Shown here: piece by piece, positions 17,345-26,380 of the stretch
Position numbering within the stretch: position 1 is the stretch's first letter
Layout of the letters: each line of letters begins with the position of its first letter
Position numbers and translations under genes: made by a program
Notes under the pieces: generated by a model
What the model saw: the letters and a program-made list of their open reading frames with translations, nothing else
Databases searched by the model: none
Told to the model about the DNA's origin: nothing
Source of the DNA: an uncultured Gemmatimonadaceae bacterium
GTDB lineage: Bacteria > Gemmatimonadota > Gemmatimonadetes > Gemmatimonadales > GWC2-71-9
Assembly: GCA_964557115.1 (NCBI GenBank)
Contig: CAZKYO010000004.1
Location: 53,892 to 117,891 of the forward strand
Direction: 5' to 3'
DNA: 64,000 bases

Positions 17345-19107
17345 TCCTGCTCGCCGCGATCGCCGCCCCGCTTGGCGCCCAGGACCGCGCCTGGTGGGAC
17401 ACGCTGCCCCGGCCCGACCGGCCGGCGATCGCGTGGACGCGCCAGTCGCTGTACCTGCCGATGCGCGACGGCGTGCGCCTCGCGGCCGACGTCTTCCTCC
17501 CCGCCGGCGCCGACCGGGCGCACCGGGCCGCCACCATCCTGCACCTCACCCGCTACCGTCGCGGGCTCCAGTTCAAGGATCCCGCGCGCGAGGCGGCGGC
17601 CGGGCCGACGGCCGGGCTGATGCCGTTCCTGCAGGCCGGATACGCCGTGGTGATCGTCGACGTGCGCGGGACGGGCGCTTCCTTCGGCTGGCGCACCACC
17701 GAGTTCTCGCCCGCCGAAGTGCTGGATGGCTGGGACGTCCTCGACTGGATCGTCGCGCAACCCTGGTCGGACGGCGCGGTCGGCGCCACCGGGATCTCGT
17801 ATCCCGGCACGACGAGCGAACTCGTCGGCACCCTCGGACACCCGGCGCTCAGGGCGGTCGCCCCCCTCTTCTCGATCTATGACTTCTATCCCGACGTGAT
17901 CCGGCCGGGCGGGATCTTCCTCGCGCCGTTCTTCCGGGCCTGGGCCGACCTCGTGCGGCAGATGGACGCCAACCGCCTCAACGGACCGACCGACCCGGTC
18001 ACCGGCGTGCGGCCCGTCGATGGTCCCGACGGCGCGGCCCTGCTCGCGGAGGCGATCGCGGAGCATGCGCGCAACGCGTCGATCTACCCGCAGGCGGCGG
18101 CGCTGGCGTTCCGCGACGACGTGGCCGCTGACGGCATCTCGCTCGACCAGGTCTCGCCCCACGCCCGCTACGACACCCTCTCGCGCCGGATCCCGATCTA
18201 CTCGATGGGCGGATGGGCCGACGGCTTCGCGGGATCGCAGATCCAGCGCTACCTCGCGCAGCCCTCCGCGGGCTCGCGGCTCACCATGGGGCCGTGGAAC
18301 CATGGCGGCGGCTGGATCTACCAGCCCGGCCGCCCACCGGCGCGTTCGGTGTTCGACCAGCAGGGCGAATTGCTGCGGTTCTTCGACAAGTACGTGCGCG
18401 GGATCGACAGCGGCATCGAACGCGAGGCGCCGGTCCACTACTTCACCACCGGCGCCAATCGGTGGGTGGCGGCCGACCGGTGGCCGGTCGCGCACCGCGA
18501 CACCACGCTGTCGCTCGGGAATGGACGCCTCGCGGCGCGACGGCTTCCCGATGCGCCGCCCGTCACCCTGCGTCCCGACTCCACCCTGGGCACCGGCAAC
18601 CAGTCGCGCTGGAACACGATCCTCGGTGGCGGCCCGGTCGCCTACCCGCCGGGACGATCCGGGACGGCGACCGGGTGGACCGGATTCGAATCGCCGCCGC
18701 TCGAGGCCGACCTCACCATCACCGGCCACTCGATGGTGCGACTCGGCGTGACCGGCGCGGCCACGGGAAGCCAGCTCTTCGTGTACCTCCAGGACGTGGA
18801 CTCCACCGGCGCCGGCTGGCAGGTGACCGAGGGCGAGATCGACCTGCGCTTCCGCCGGACCCAGCCTGCTCCGCCGCGATATCCCCGCCCAGAGGCCTAC
18901 CATGACTTCCGGCGCGGCACTGCCGGCGACGCGAAAGGACCGGTGGCGATCGAGCTGCTGCCGTTCTCGCACACCTTCCGGCGCGGGCATCGTCTCCGGC
19001 TCGTCCTCGCCGCGAGCGACCGCGACCACTTTCCGCCACCGGGGGCCGGGATCACGATCACGATCGATCCCGCCGGCTCGACGCTCGTCCTGCCGATCGA
19101 GCAGTGA
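17305..19107 (+). CDS. CocE/NonD family hydrolase (X-Pro dipeptidyl-peptidase S15-like)
   Basis: Start at MTPSNRESRIATLLLLAAIAAPLGAQ. YLPMRDGVRLAADVFLP, YAVVIVDVRGTGASFG, GISYPGT and a C-terminal beta-sandwich are typical of CocE/NonD. Confidence 0.85.
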   Translation: MTPSNRESRIATLLLLAAIAAPLGAQDRAWWDTLPRPDRPAIAWTRQSLYLPMRDGVRLAADVFLPAGADRAHRAATILHLTRYRRGLQFKDPAREAAAGPTAGLMPFLQAGYAVVIVDVRGTGASFGWRTTEFSPAEVLDGWDVLDWIVAQPWSDGAVGATGISYPGTTSELVGTLGHPALRAVAPLFSIYDFYPDVIRPGGIFLAPFFRAWADLVRQMDANRLNGPTDPVTGVRPVDGPDGAALLAEAIAEHARNASIYPQAAALAFRDDVAADGISLDQVSPHARYDTLSRRIPIYSMGGWADGFAGSQIQRYLAQPSAGSRLTMGPWNHGGGWIYQPGRPPARSVFDQQGELLRFFDKYVRGIDSGIEREAPVHYFTTGANRWVAADRWPVAHRDTTLSLGNGRLAARRLPDAPPVTLRPDSTLGTGNQSRWNTILGGGPVAYPPGRSGTATGWTGFESPPLEADLTITGHSMVRLGVTGAATGSQLFVYLQDVDSTGAGWQVTEGEIDLRFRRTQPAPPRYPRPEAYHDFRRGTAGDAKGPVAIELLPFSHTFRRGHRLRLVLAASDRDHFPPPGAGITITIDPAGSTLVLPIEQ

Positions 19108-19172
19108 CCCGGCCTCGCCCGTTCGGGTCCCTCGTGGGTACGATCCTTGGAACGCTCGACCGTGAGGCACCG

Positions 19173-19598
19173 ATGCGCACCCGAATGCTCACCCCGGCCC
19201 TGCTGCTCGCCGCCCTCGCCTGCGACGCCGGCGAACCGACCCGCGCGATCCATCCGGATCGCTTCCCCGTCCCCGGCAGCCACGAGATGGCGATCGGCGA
19301 CTCCGCCCAGCTCGAGGGCACGCCGTACACCCTCGAGATGCTCTCGCTCGAGACGGACTCCCGCTGCCCGGCCGAGGCTGACTGCATCTGGGCCGGCGAG
19401 GTGAAGGTCCGCGCCGCCCTGCACGCCGATCCCGGCCTCGGCATCCCCGATATGGAACTCACCCTCGGCACCACCTCGGCGACGGTGGCGGGGGGCGTCT
19501 CGCTCCAGATCACAAGTGTCGCGCCGGTGGCCCACGCCGGCGTCGCCATCCCGGCGAGCGCGTACCGGCTCACGATCACCGCGGACCAGCCGCAGTGA
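19173..19598 (+). CDS. hypothetical lipoprotein
   Basis: Start at MRTRMLTPALLLAALACDAG (lipobox), small beta-rich protein. Stop overlaps the next start (GTGA). Confidence 0.55.
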   Translation: MRTRMLTPALLLAALACDAGEPTRAIHPDRFPVPGSHEMAIGDSAQLEGTPYTLEMLSLETDSRCPAEADCIWAGEVKVRAALHADPGLGIPDMELTLGTTSATVAGGVSLQITSVAPVAHAGVAIPASAYRLTITADQPQ

Positions 19599-19975
19599 CC
19601 GCCGACCCGCGCCGCCCGAGCGCCGTGCACCAGGTCGCCCTCACGGTCGAGGACCTCGAACGCGCCGTCGCCTTCTACCGCGACGTCGTGGGACTCACCT
19701 ACCTGTTCAGCGCACCACCCGGCATGGCGTTCTTCGACTGCGGCGGGACGCGCATCCTCCTCGGCACCCGGGCCGCCGGCGGCGACGATCCGCCGCGGTC
19801 GATGGTGTACTACCGGACCGACGACATCCAGGATGCCGCCGGCCGACTGGCCGCCAACGGTGTCGACGTCGGCAAGGGGCCCGCGATGATCGCGAACGTC
19901 GGCGGGCGCGAGATCTGGCTGCTGGAGTTCCGCGATTCGGAAGGGAATCCCGTCGCCCTGATGATGGAGCGGTAG
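19595..19975 (+). CDS. VOC/glyoxalase family protein
   Basis: 126-aa ORF. VHQVALTVEDLERAVAFYRDVVGL ... EIWLLEFRDSEGNPVALM is the typical VOC pattern. Confidence 0.8.
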   Translation: MTADPRRPSAVHQVALTVEDLERAVAFYRDVVGLTYLFSAPPGMAFFDCGGTRILLGTRAAGGDDPPRSMVYYRTDDIQDAAGRLAANGVDVGKGPAMIANVGGREIWLLEFRDSEGNPVALMMER

Positions 19976-19979
19976 CGCA

Positions 19980-20083
19980 GCGATACGAGACGCGCGACAC
20001 GCGACCGGCCCCGGAGAAACACTCAATGTTCTCCGGGGCCGGTCGCGTGTCACCTGTCGCCTGTCGCGCGTCGCCTGTCGCGG
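19980..20083. repeat. heptad-arm palindromic element (GCGACAG family) with a perfect 23-bp inner stem; likely bidirectional terminator
   Basis: gacacgcgaccggccccggagaa (19996-20018) pairs perfectly with ttctccggggccggtcgcgtgtc (20029-20051), 10-nt loop. The outer right arm is a run of six tandem GTCGCNN heptads (20041-20082): gtcgcgt, gtcacct, gtcgcct, gtcgcgc, gtcgcct, gtcgcgg. Fills a convergent intergenic gap. Confidence 0.85.
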
Positions 20084-21349
20084 CTACTGATCTTCCAGGT
20101 CCGCCAGTGCCTCGACGGCGGCGCGGCGCACCTCGGGATCCCTGTCGGTCAGGGCGCGAGTGATGGCGGGCTTGGCCGCCAGCGCGCCGATGCTCCCGAG
20201 CGTCTCGATCGCGCCCTTGCGGATCTCGACATCCGGATCCGCCACCAGGCCGATCAGCACGCCGGCGCTGGCGGGGTCCTCGATGTTGTCGAGCGCGTTG
20301 ACGACCGCCCGGCGGAGCCGGATGTCGGAAGACGATGCGGCGCGGAGGAGTTCCGGCGGCGCGGCCGCGAGGTTGTCGAGGTCGCCCAGCGCCTCCGCCG
20401 CGGCGACCTGCAGCTCGAGGTCGTCGCCGCCGAGGACCGCCGCGAGCACCGGGGCCGAGCGGGCCGCCTCGATGTTGCCGAGCGCCTCGATCGCGGCCAG
20501 CCGCACGCGGCGATCGTCGTCGCGCTGCACGGTCCGTTCGAGCGCCGGCGCGGCGTCGACGCTCTCGATGTCGCCGAGCGCCTCGGCGGTCGCCCACCGG
20601 ACCGTCGGTTCAGGGTCGCCGAGCAGCGGGAGCAACCCGGCTACCGCCTTGGGATCCTCGATCGTCCCGAGGGCCCAGGCCGCGGTGGTGCGCACGCGGA
20701 CGGAGCGGTGGTCGAGCAGTCGCGTGAGCGGTGCCACCGACGCGCGATCCTCGAGCTCGCCGAGCGCCCAGGCAGCCATGGCCACGACCGCCTCGTCCCC
20801 GGCCGCGAGCAGGCGCTCCACGCGGGGGCGCAGCGCCGGCCGGTCGTGTTCACCGATCGCCAGGAGGGCTGCCTCGCGGATCCGCACCGAGGCGTCGTCC
20901 AGCAAGGCACCCAGCGCCTCGTCGCCGATGGCCGATCCGCCAAGCATCTTCGCGGCGGTGCGGCGGATGCACGGATCGTCGCTCCCGAGCCGACGGGTCA
21001 GTTGCCGGATCGCCGCGGCGTCGCGCACCCGCCCGGAGATCGAATCCTTGGCCGCACGCGCCGCCACACGGGCGTCCGACAGGCGCCCGATGCCGAGTTC
21101 GTCGCCGCCCCACCAGAAGTTGCCGATCTGGTCGCTCAGCATCTCGCAGGCGACCGGATCGGTGCGTCCCATCGCATCCAGCATCATCGCGACCCGGGCC
21201 GAGTCGGGGCCGGGACGGTCGCCGTCCCAGTCGCCGATGTGCAGCGACGACTGCGGCGCGGCGTCCGGCGCCAGGGTGAGCATCGTGGTCGCGGCCGCGG
21301 CCGACCCGGCACCGAGGACGCCCACCAGCAGCAGCACGGTCTTCATCAC
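20084..21349 (-). CDS. secreted HEAT-repeat (PBS-lyase HEAT-like) protein
   Basis: 421-aa ORF with signal peptide and at least 8 repeats of the type D..VR..AA.ALG.I....A...L..LL.D. Confidence 0.85.
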   Translation of the reverse strand: MMKTVLLLVGVLGAGSAAAATTMLTLAPDAAPQSSLHIGDWDGDRPGPDSARVAMMLDAMGRTDPVACEMLSDQIGNFWWGGDELGIGRLSDARVAARAAKDSISGRVRDAAAIRQLTRRLGSDDPCIRRTAAKMLGGSAIGDEALGALLDDASVRIREAALLAIGEHDRPALRPRVERLLAAGDEAVVAMAAWALGELEDRASVAPLTRLLDHRSVRVRTTAAWALGTIEDPKAVAGLLPLLGDPEPTVRWATAEALGDIESVDAAPALERTVQRDDDRRVRLAAIEALGNIEAARSAPVLAAVLGGDDLELQVAAAEALGDLDNLAAAPPELLRAASSSDIRLRRAVVNALDNIEDPASAGVLIGLVADPDVEIRKGAIETLGSIGALAAKPAITRALTDRDPEVRRAAVEALADLEDQ

Positions 21350-23430
21350 TGGCCGCCCTCGTCGCCGAAGTAGTCCACCGCGATGCGGCGGACCTTCGCA
21401 TCGGCGTGGTTGAGGGCGCGCTTGAGCGCGGCGTGGCTCTCCGGCGTCTTCAGCTCGGTGAGCGCCTCCGCGGCCTGCTCTCGCACGTCGCTCGAGGTGT
21501 CATCGAGCAGCCGGATGACGGCCGGGACCGCGGCCGTCACGTGCCGCTCGGCGACGTAGCACGCCGCTTCCTGGCGCACGTCGGCGCTCGGGTCGCCGAG
21601 CAAGCGGGTGAGCTGCGCCTCGGGGATCGTGCCGCCCAGTTCGATCATCGCCTGGATCGCCTCCTGGCGAACGTCGGCATCGGCGTCGCCGAGGGCGGCG
21701 GCGACCGCCGACGCGCTGGAGGGATCGCGGATCTCGCTGAGCGCCTGGATGGCACTCTGTCGCACGTCGGCGTCGGGATCCGTCACCAGTCGCGCGATCG
21801 CGGGGAGTGATTCGCGATCCTTCATCTCGCCGAGCATCTGGATCGCCTCCTGTCGCGTGTCCGGATCCTCGGCGGCGAGCATCTTGCGCACCGGGGCCGC
21901 CGGCACGCCGCGCTCGAAGTTCGAGAGCGCGCCCAGGGCCGCCGAGCGGACGTTCCGGTCGGCGTCGTCGAGCGCGGCGACGAGCGCGGGGATCGCCATC
22001 GGCTCCTCGAGCCGTCCCAGCGCGTGCGCCGCGGCGCGGCGCACGTCGGCGTCGTCGTCGCGGAGTCGCGCCATCAGCGCCCGCACCACGGCCGTGTCGC
22101 CCTTGAGGCCCGCCACCGACTTGCCGTCCAGCATGCCGAGCGCCACCTCGCGCTCCTGGTCGGTCAGGCCGTCGGTTCCGCGACTGACCCGGTTCGAGAA
22201 CGTCCGCGAGATGTTCGTGTTCGTCGCCGTCCGCGTCGCCGTCTCGGTCGACCAGCGGCGCGTGAGGTCTCCGGTGCCATTGTCATTCGGCTGCTCAGGA
22301 CCCACCGGCTCGAGGCCGAGCCGCGCATCCGTCGGCACGCCCGCGGGATCGAACGCGTCGGGGTAGCGCAGGTGGCCCGCGACGCCGGGCGCATAGAACA
22401 CGGTCGCGAGCAGGGCGCCCATCGAGAACACCGTCGCGAGCCGGTTGCCCGCCGGCGGCGCATCGCCGCGCTCGAGAAGGCGGGTGACCCGCGCGCTCAG
22501 CTGGGAGCGCTGCTCGGCCATGCCGGCGACCGGGACGCCGAGCGGCGAGGCCTCGATCCACTCCGCCACCTTCACCAGGCAGCGCGCCAGCGGCACCCCG
22601 CCGCTCCGACGCGCGGCCCACTCGTCAGCGAGGTATTCGGCCGACTCCTGGATGTTGCGTCGGGCCAGCCGGTTGAGCGGCTGGAAGAAGAAGAGTCGCT
22701 CGAGGACGCAGGAGAACGACAGCCACTGCGGGTCGCGGCGGACCAGGTGGGCCAGTTCGTGCGCCAGCATCGCCCGCCGCTGCGCCGGCTCGAGATCGTC
22801 GAGCGCCGCCTGGGGCAGGCAGATCTCGCGGCGGCCAAGGGCCACCGGACTCGAGATCGCCTGCGACGCGGTGAGGTGGATGCGGCGACGAACCCCCGCC
22901 TCCTCGCTGAGGCTTGCGAGCAGGCCCCGCCATTCGTCATCACCCACGCCGCGCCGGTCGCCGAGACGACCGACGAGGATCAGGCGGCGACCGGCATACC
23001 AGGTCACCAGGAGCAGCGCGAGCACCCCCCACGCCAGCGTCAGGATCGTGCCGACGGACGGCGCCGACGCCGATGGCGTGGTCGCCACGCCTCCGGCCTC
23101 GCGGGCCGACTGCCCGGCCGGGTCGGTCTGGCGTTCGCGTCGGACCGGGACGGGATCGACCGGGTCGGCGACCGCACCCGTCGGGTCGGAGACGGTCGGC
23201 GCCGGTGTCGCCGCCAGCGCGACCGTGCCGGTCGGATGCACGTCGAAACCCGACTGGACGGTCGCGGTCACCACCCCGCCGATCATCGCGACCTTCCAGA
23301 GCACGTCACGCACGGCCGGATCCGACCGGCGCAGGCGGAGCACCAGCCACGCCAGCCCGAGCAGCGCCGTCGAGTGGAGCGCGTACGTCAGCAGCCACGC
23401 CGCGACGTCCTGGGCAATCGTGCTGTTCAC
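21346..23430 (-). CDS. BlaR1/MecR1-like M56 peptidase signal transducer with C-terminal HEAT-repeat domain
   Basis: 694-aa ORF with N-terminal TM helices and M56 zinc motif AMLAHELAHLVRRD. There is no penicillin-binding domain; the last ~300 aa are HEAT repeats (DADVRRAAAHALGRLEEPMAIPALVAALDDADRNVR...). 4-nt overlaps with both neighbours. Confidence 0.85.
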   Translation of the reverse strand: MNSTIAQDVAAWLLTYALHSTALLGLAWLVLRLRRSDPAVRDVLWKVAMIGGVVTATVQSGFDVHPTGTVALAATPAPTVSDPTGAVADPVDPVPVRRERQTDPAGQSAREAGGVATTPSASAPSVGTILTLAWGVLALLLVTWYAGRRLILVGRLGDRRGVGDDEWRGLLASLSEEAGVRRRIHLTASQAISSPVALGRREICLPQAALDDLEPAQRRAMLAHELAHLVRRDPQWLSFSCVLERLFFFQPLNRLARRNIQESAEYLADEWAARRSGGVPLARCLVKVAEWIEASPLGVPVAGMAEQRSQLSARVTRLLERGDAPPAGNRLATVFSMGALLATVFYAPGVAGHLRYPDAFDPAGVPTDARLGLEPVGPEQPNDNGTGDLTRRWSTETATRTATNTNISRTFSNRVSRGTDGLTDQEREVALGMLDGKSVAGLKGDTAVVRALMARLRDDDADVRRAAAHALGRLEEPMAIPALVAALDDADRNVRSAALGALSNFERGVPAAPVRKMLAAEDPDTRQEAIQMLGEMKDRESLPAIARLVTDPDADVRQSAIQALSEIRDPSSASAVAAALGDADADVRQEAIQAMIELGGTIPEAQLTRLLGDPSADVRQEAACYVAERHVTAAVPAVIRLLDDTSSDVREQAAEALTELKTPESHAALKRALNHADAKVRRIAVDYFGDEGGQ

Positions 23431-23819
23431 CGGTCCTCCTTGGCGCGATCCTCGGCCTGATCGATCATCGAACGGAGCCGGGCCAGATCACCCGGGGCGA
23501 CTTCCTGCGACGTGAGGAGATGGGTCATCAGCGCGGCCACGTCTCCGGCGAAGAGCCGCTCGGTGAGGTCGCTCACCATCGATTCCTTCACCTCGGCCTC
23601 GCTCACGAGCGCGCGGTAGAGGTACTGCCGCTGCTCCGCACGACGGGCGACGACCCCCCGGCGTTCCAGCCGGGTCAGCAACGTCGCGACGGTGGTCTGC
23701 GCCAGGCCGCGCTCCCGATGGAGCACTTCCCAGACATCCGCCACGCTGGCCTCTCCCCTCGACCAAAGCAGACGGAGGATCGTGACCTGCAGTTCAGTGA
23801 GTTCATGTGGTTCGGGCAT
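23427..23819 (-). CDS. BlaI/MecI/CopY family transcriptional repressor
   Basis: 130-aa ORF. LTELQVTILRLLWSRGEASVADVWEVL...TTVATLLTRLERRGVV..R...R.Y.Y is the winged-helix signature of the family. Confidence 0.9.
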   Translation of the reverse strand: MPEPHELTELQVTILRLLWSRGEASVADVWEVLHRERGLAQTTVATLLTRLERRGVVARRAEQRQYLYRALVSEAEVKESMVSDLTERLFAGDVAALMTHLLTSQEVAPGDLARLRSMIDQAEDRAKEDR

Positions 23820-23840
23820 CGAATCAGCTCCGGGGTAGTT

Positions 23841-23854
23841 TCTACAGATGTAGA
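23841..23854. promoter_or_regulatory. candidate BlaI operator, TCTACA-GA-TGTAGA
   Basis: Perfect 6-bp inverted repeat containing the TACA/TGTA half-sites known for BlaI/MecI operators, 22 nt upstream of the blaI-like start, in a locally AT-rich patch. Confidence 0.5.
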
Positions 23855-23888
23855 TTTACGCCCGTAGTGCAAGTCTGTCAAGGGCACG

Positions 23889-23915
23889 AAAAAGGGCCCC
23901 GACAAGCCGGGGCCC
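23889..23915 (-). terminator. rho-independent terminator of the DUF4397 gene
   Basis: On the minus strand, stem gggcccc/ggggccc with 8-nt loop, followed by TTTTT. Confidence 0.6.
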
Positions 23916-23934
23916 GAGTCCGACGGCGCCGCCG

Positions 23935-24630
23935 TCAGTTCTCGCGGATCGGGACCAGCTCGAGCTCGCCGTCCACCCGGCGCATCAGGACAACGCTCCA
24001 GACCTGGCCCGCCTGCATCGTGACGGTCGCCTCGGCCTGCACCGTCCCGTTGGCGAGGTTGGTGATCCGGACCAGGTAGCTGCCGGCGGGACGGACGACG
24101 AATCCCGGGAATTCCCCGCCGAGGCCCACGCCGTAGTCGAACGGGGAGGCGAGACGCGCCGAGGAGTCGACAGGGGTTCCCACCGGGGTGAGCCAGGCCT
24201 CGAGGGTCGGCGTGCCGATCACGCTGTGGACCACCCGGACCTTGACCGAATTGCCGACCGGGACGGAGGCCGTGTCGGCCCCGATGATCAGGGAGACCGC
24301 CCGTCCATTGGCGGACCCGCCGATGATCGCCGTCCGGCGGCCGCCCTCGGTCACCGCGAACTGTGCCGAGGCGACGACCTGGCCGCCATCGATCCGGGCC
24401 TCCAGCCGATGACTGCCGCCCGGGATCACCCGCGAGATCCGCGACCCTGTGGCCGGGAGCGAGATGGTGCCGTCATCAAGGACGAGGGACGCGATCGCCC
24501 CGTCCGGCAAGGCGTTCAGGATGGCCAGTTGAGCGTCGCCGGCGGGCAGCCCACCCGTGGCGTCCGCCATGCCGCATGCGGCGAGCAGGACGACCAGGAG
24601 GCCGAGCATCGGCTTCGGGGAACGGACCAT
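23935..24630 (-). CDS. DUF4397-like lipoprotein
   Basis: Start chosen at MVRSPKPMLGLLVVLLAACG. Two tandem beta-sandwich-like halves with V.VRVVH ... G.Y.V.I pattern as in DUF4397. Start uncertain (24609/24630/24654). Confidence 0.65.
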   Translation of the reverse strand: MVRSPKPMLGLLVVLLAACGMADATGGLPAGDAQLAILNALPDGAIASLVLDDGTISLPATGSRISRVIPGGSHRLEARIDGGQVVASAQFAVTEGGRRTAIIGGSANGRAVSLIIGADTASVPVGNSVKVRVVHSVIGTPTLEAWLTPVGTPVDSSARLASPFDYGVGLGGEFPGFVVRPAGSYLVRITNLANGTVQAEATVTMQAGQVWSVVLMRRVDGELELVPIREN

Positions 24631-24677
24631 ACCTTCGTACCTTCCGGGAACCATGCGATTGAGCCAGCTTGTCCGGC

Positions 24678-24703
24678 GGGACGTCCGCCAGCACAGCCGT
24701 AGA
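24678..24703 (+). promoter_or_regulatory. candidate ECF-type promoter (GGGAC-N15-CGTAGA)
   Basis: Resembles the GGAAC ... CGT architecture of autoregulated ECF promoters. Lies 27 nt upstream of the GTG at 24730. Weak evidence. Confidence 0.3.
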
Positions 24704-24729
24704 CCCGACGGAGGCCCCCCTGGTCACCC

Positions 24730-25320
24730 GTGGATCGCCCCGTTTCGGGACGTGACGCGGGCGGGGCGCCGGAGGTCTCCACCCCAGTGACGCCAACCGA
24801 CGCCGCCCTGATCGAGCGGATCGCCGCGGGGGAGTCATCGGCACTGGCCGAGCTGATGGATCGGCACGCGCCAGGGCTGATGCGGTACGCGACGCATTTC
24901 CTGCAGTCGGCCGATGACGCCGACGAGGTTCTGCAGGATACCTTCGTCAGGGCCGACAAGGCCATTCGGAAGGGCGTCCGGCCCGACCACGTGTCGGCTT
25001 GGCTGTTCCGGATCACCGTCAATCGGTGCCGGTCGCGACGGCGGCAGTTCTGGCGGTTCGTGGGAGGCGAGGCGGGAGAGGCGGTCATCGCCAGGGCCTC
25101 GACAGCTCCCCGGGCGGAAATGACCGAGTGGCGTGACGAGATCAGCCGGGCCCTGGCGCAGCTCAGCCAGCCGACCCGCGAAGCGTTCCTCCTCAAGCAC
25201 GTGGAGGGACTGACATATGAGGAGATGGCCGACATTACCGGCGCCGGTGTACCGGCCCTCAAGATGCGCGTCTCCCGGGCGTGCGAACGGCTCCGGGAAC
25301 TGCTGACGGACTTGCGATGA
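24730..25320 (+). CDS. ECF (group 4) RNA polymerase sigma-70 factor
   Basis: Region 2 (DADEVLQDTFVRA ... WLFRITVNRCRS) and region 4 (REAFLLKHVEGLTYEEMADITGAGVPALKMRVSRA). GTG start uncertain (24730 or 24787). Confidence 0.85.
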   Translation: MDRPVSGRDAGGAPEVSTPVTPTDAALIERIAAGESSALAELMDRHAPGLMRYATHFLQSADDADEVLQDTFVRADKAIRKGVRPDHVSAWLFRITVNRCRSRRRQFWRFVGGEAGEAVIARASTAPRAEMTEWRDEISRALAQLSQPTREAFLLKHVEGLTYEEMADITGAGVPALKMRVSRACERLRELLTDLR

Positions 25321-25784
25321 GCGACGACGAACTGAACGGCCACGATCCGCTGCATGCCGCCGTGATGGCGCTGCGCGACGGGACCGCGGTGACCCCCGGG
25401 CTCGCCGCGCGGACCCGGCGCCGGGCGCGTCGCCAGGCGGTCCGGCGCTGGGCCAGCGGTTCGATCGGCATCGTCGCGACCTTCGCGATCGGGCTGATCG
25501 TCCTTCGCGGCGGTGGCACGCCCGGGCAGGTCACCTTTGCGCTGGCAGCCCCCTCCAGCGCTGGCATCTCCCTGGTCGGCGACTTCAACGACTGGGAACG
25601 GGACCGCATCCGCCTCAAGCCCGATGGCCGGGACCACTGGAAGGTGACGGTCAAGCTGCCGCCGGGACGGTACCGCTATTCGTACGTGACCGATGACGGC
25701 ACGTGGCTCGCCGATCCGCAGGCGCCGCCGGCCCTCGACGAATTCGGCACGCCGACCTCGGTCCTCACGGTGCCGAGCGAATGA
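25317..25784 (+). CDS. single-pass anti-sigma-like protein with C-terminal CBM48/AMPK-beta glycogen-binding-like domain
   Basis: ATGA overlap with the sigma gene. One TM (IGIVATFAIGLIVL). C-terminus SLVGDFNDWERDRIRLKPDGRDHWKVTVKLPPGRYRYSYVTDDGTWLADP. Confidence 0.7.
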   Translation: MSDDELNGHDPLHAAVMALRDGTAVTPGLAARTRRRARRQAVRRWASGSIGIVATFAIGLIVLRGGGTPGQVTFALAAPSSAGISLVGDFNDWERDRIRLKPDGRDHWKVTVKLPPGRYRYSYVTDDGTWLADPQAPPALDEFGTPTSVLTVPSE

Positions 25785-26380
25785 GGCGCCGCCATGCCCT
25801 GCTGGCGATCATCGCCCTCCTGGCCGGGAGGGCGTCGGCGCAGGACGCCTCGTCGCTGGCCGGCCGGAACCAGCGAAGCGCGCTGGGCGCCGAGGGTGTC
25901 GACCAGCGCCTGGCCAGTCGCTTCCCGGCCAGCGTCGCGTTGCGGTTCTGGACCCTGATCGACGCCGCCGAGCGGGACCACCTCCCGACCGAGCCGCTCG
26001 TGCTCCGGGCGCTCGAGGGCGGCGCCAAGGGAGTGCCTGCCGACCGGATCCAGACCGCCCTCGAGCGGCTCGCCTCGGCCCTGCGGCGTGCCGCGACGAC
26101 CCTCGGCCCGGCCACCCCGCCGACCGACCTCACCACCGCGGCGACCGCCCTTCAGACCGGCCTCGAACCGACGCGGTTGCTCGAATTGCGTACCTTGAGG
26201 GGCGAGAAGTCGCTCACCGTCCCCTTGGGCGCCTATCTCGACCTCGTCGCACAGGGCGCCGTGGCCGAGCGTGCGTGGGGCCGAGTGATCGACCTCGCCA
26301 GGCGACAGGCGGCCGACCGCGACTTTGAGCGGATCGACCCGGCCGATCTGGTCGCGCGCCACCCGGAGGATCGTCCTTGA
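25781..26380 (+). CDS. hypothetical secreted alpha-helical protein
   Basis: Start MRRRHALLAIIALLAGRASAQ overlaps the previous stop (ATGA). No family recognised. Confidence 0.55.
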   Translation: MRRRHALLAIIALLAGRASAQDASSLAGRNQRSALGAEGVDQRLASRFPASVALRFWTLIDAAERDHLPTEPLVLRALEGGAKGVPADRIQTALERLASALRRAATTLGPATPPTDLTTAATALQTGLEPTRLLELRTLRGEKSLTVPLGAYLDLVAQGAVAERAWGRVIDLARRQAADRDFERIDPADLVARHPEDRP

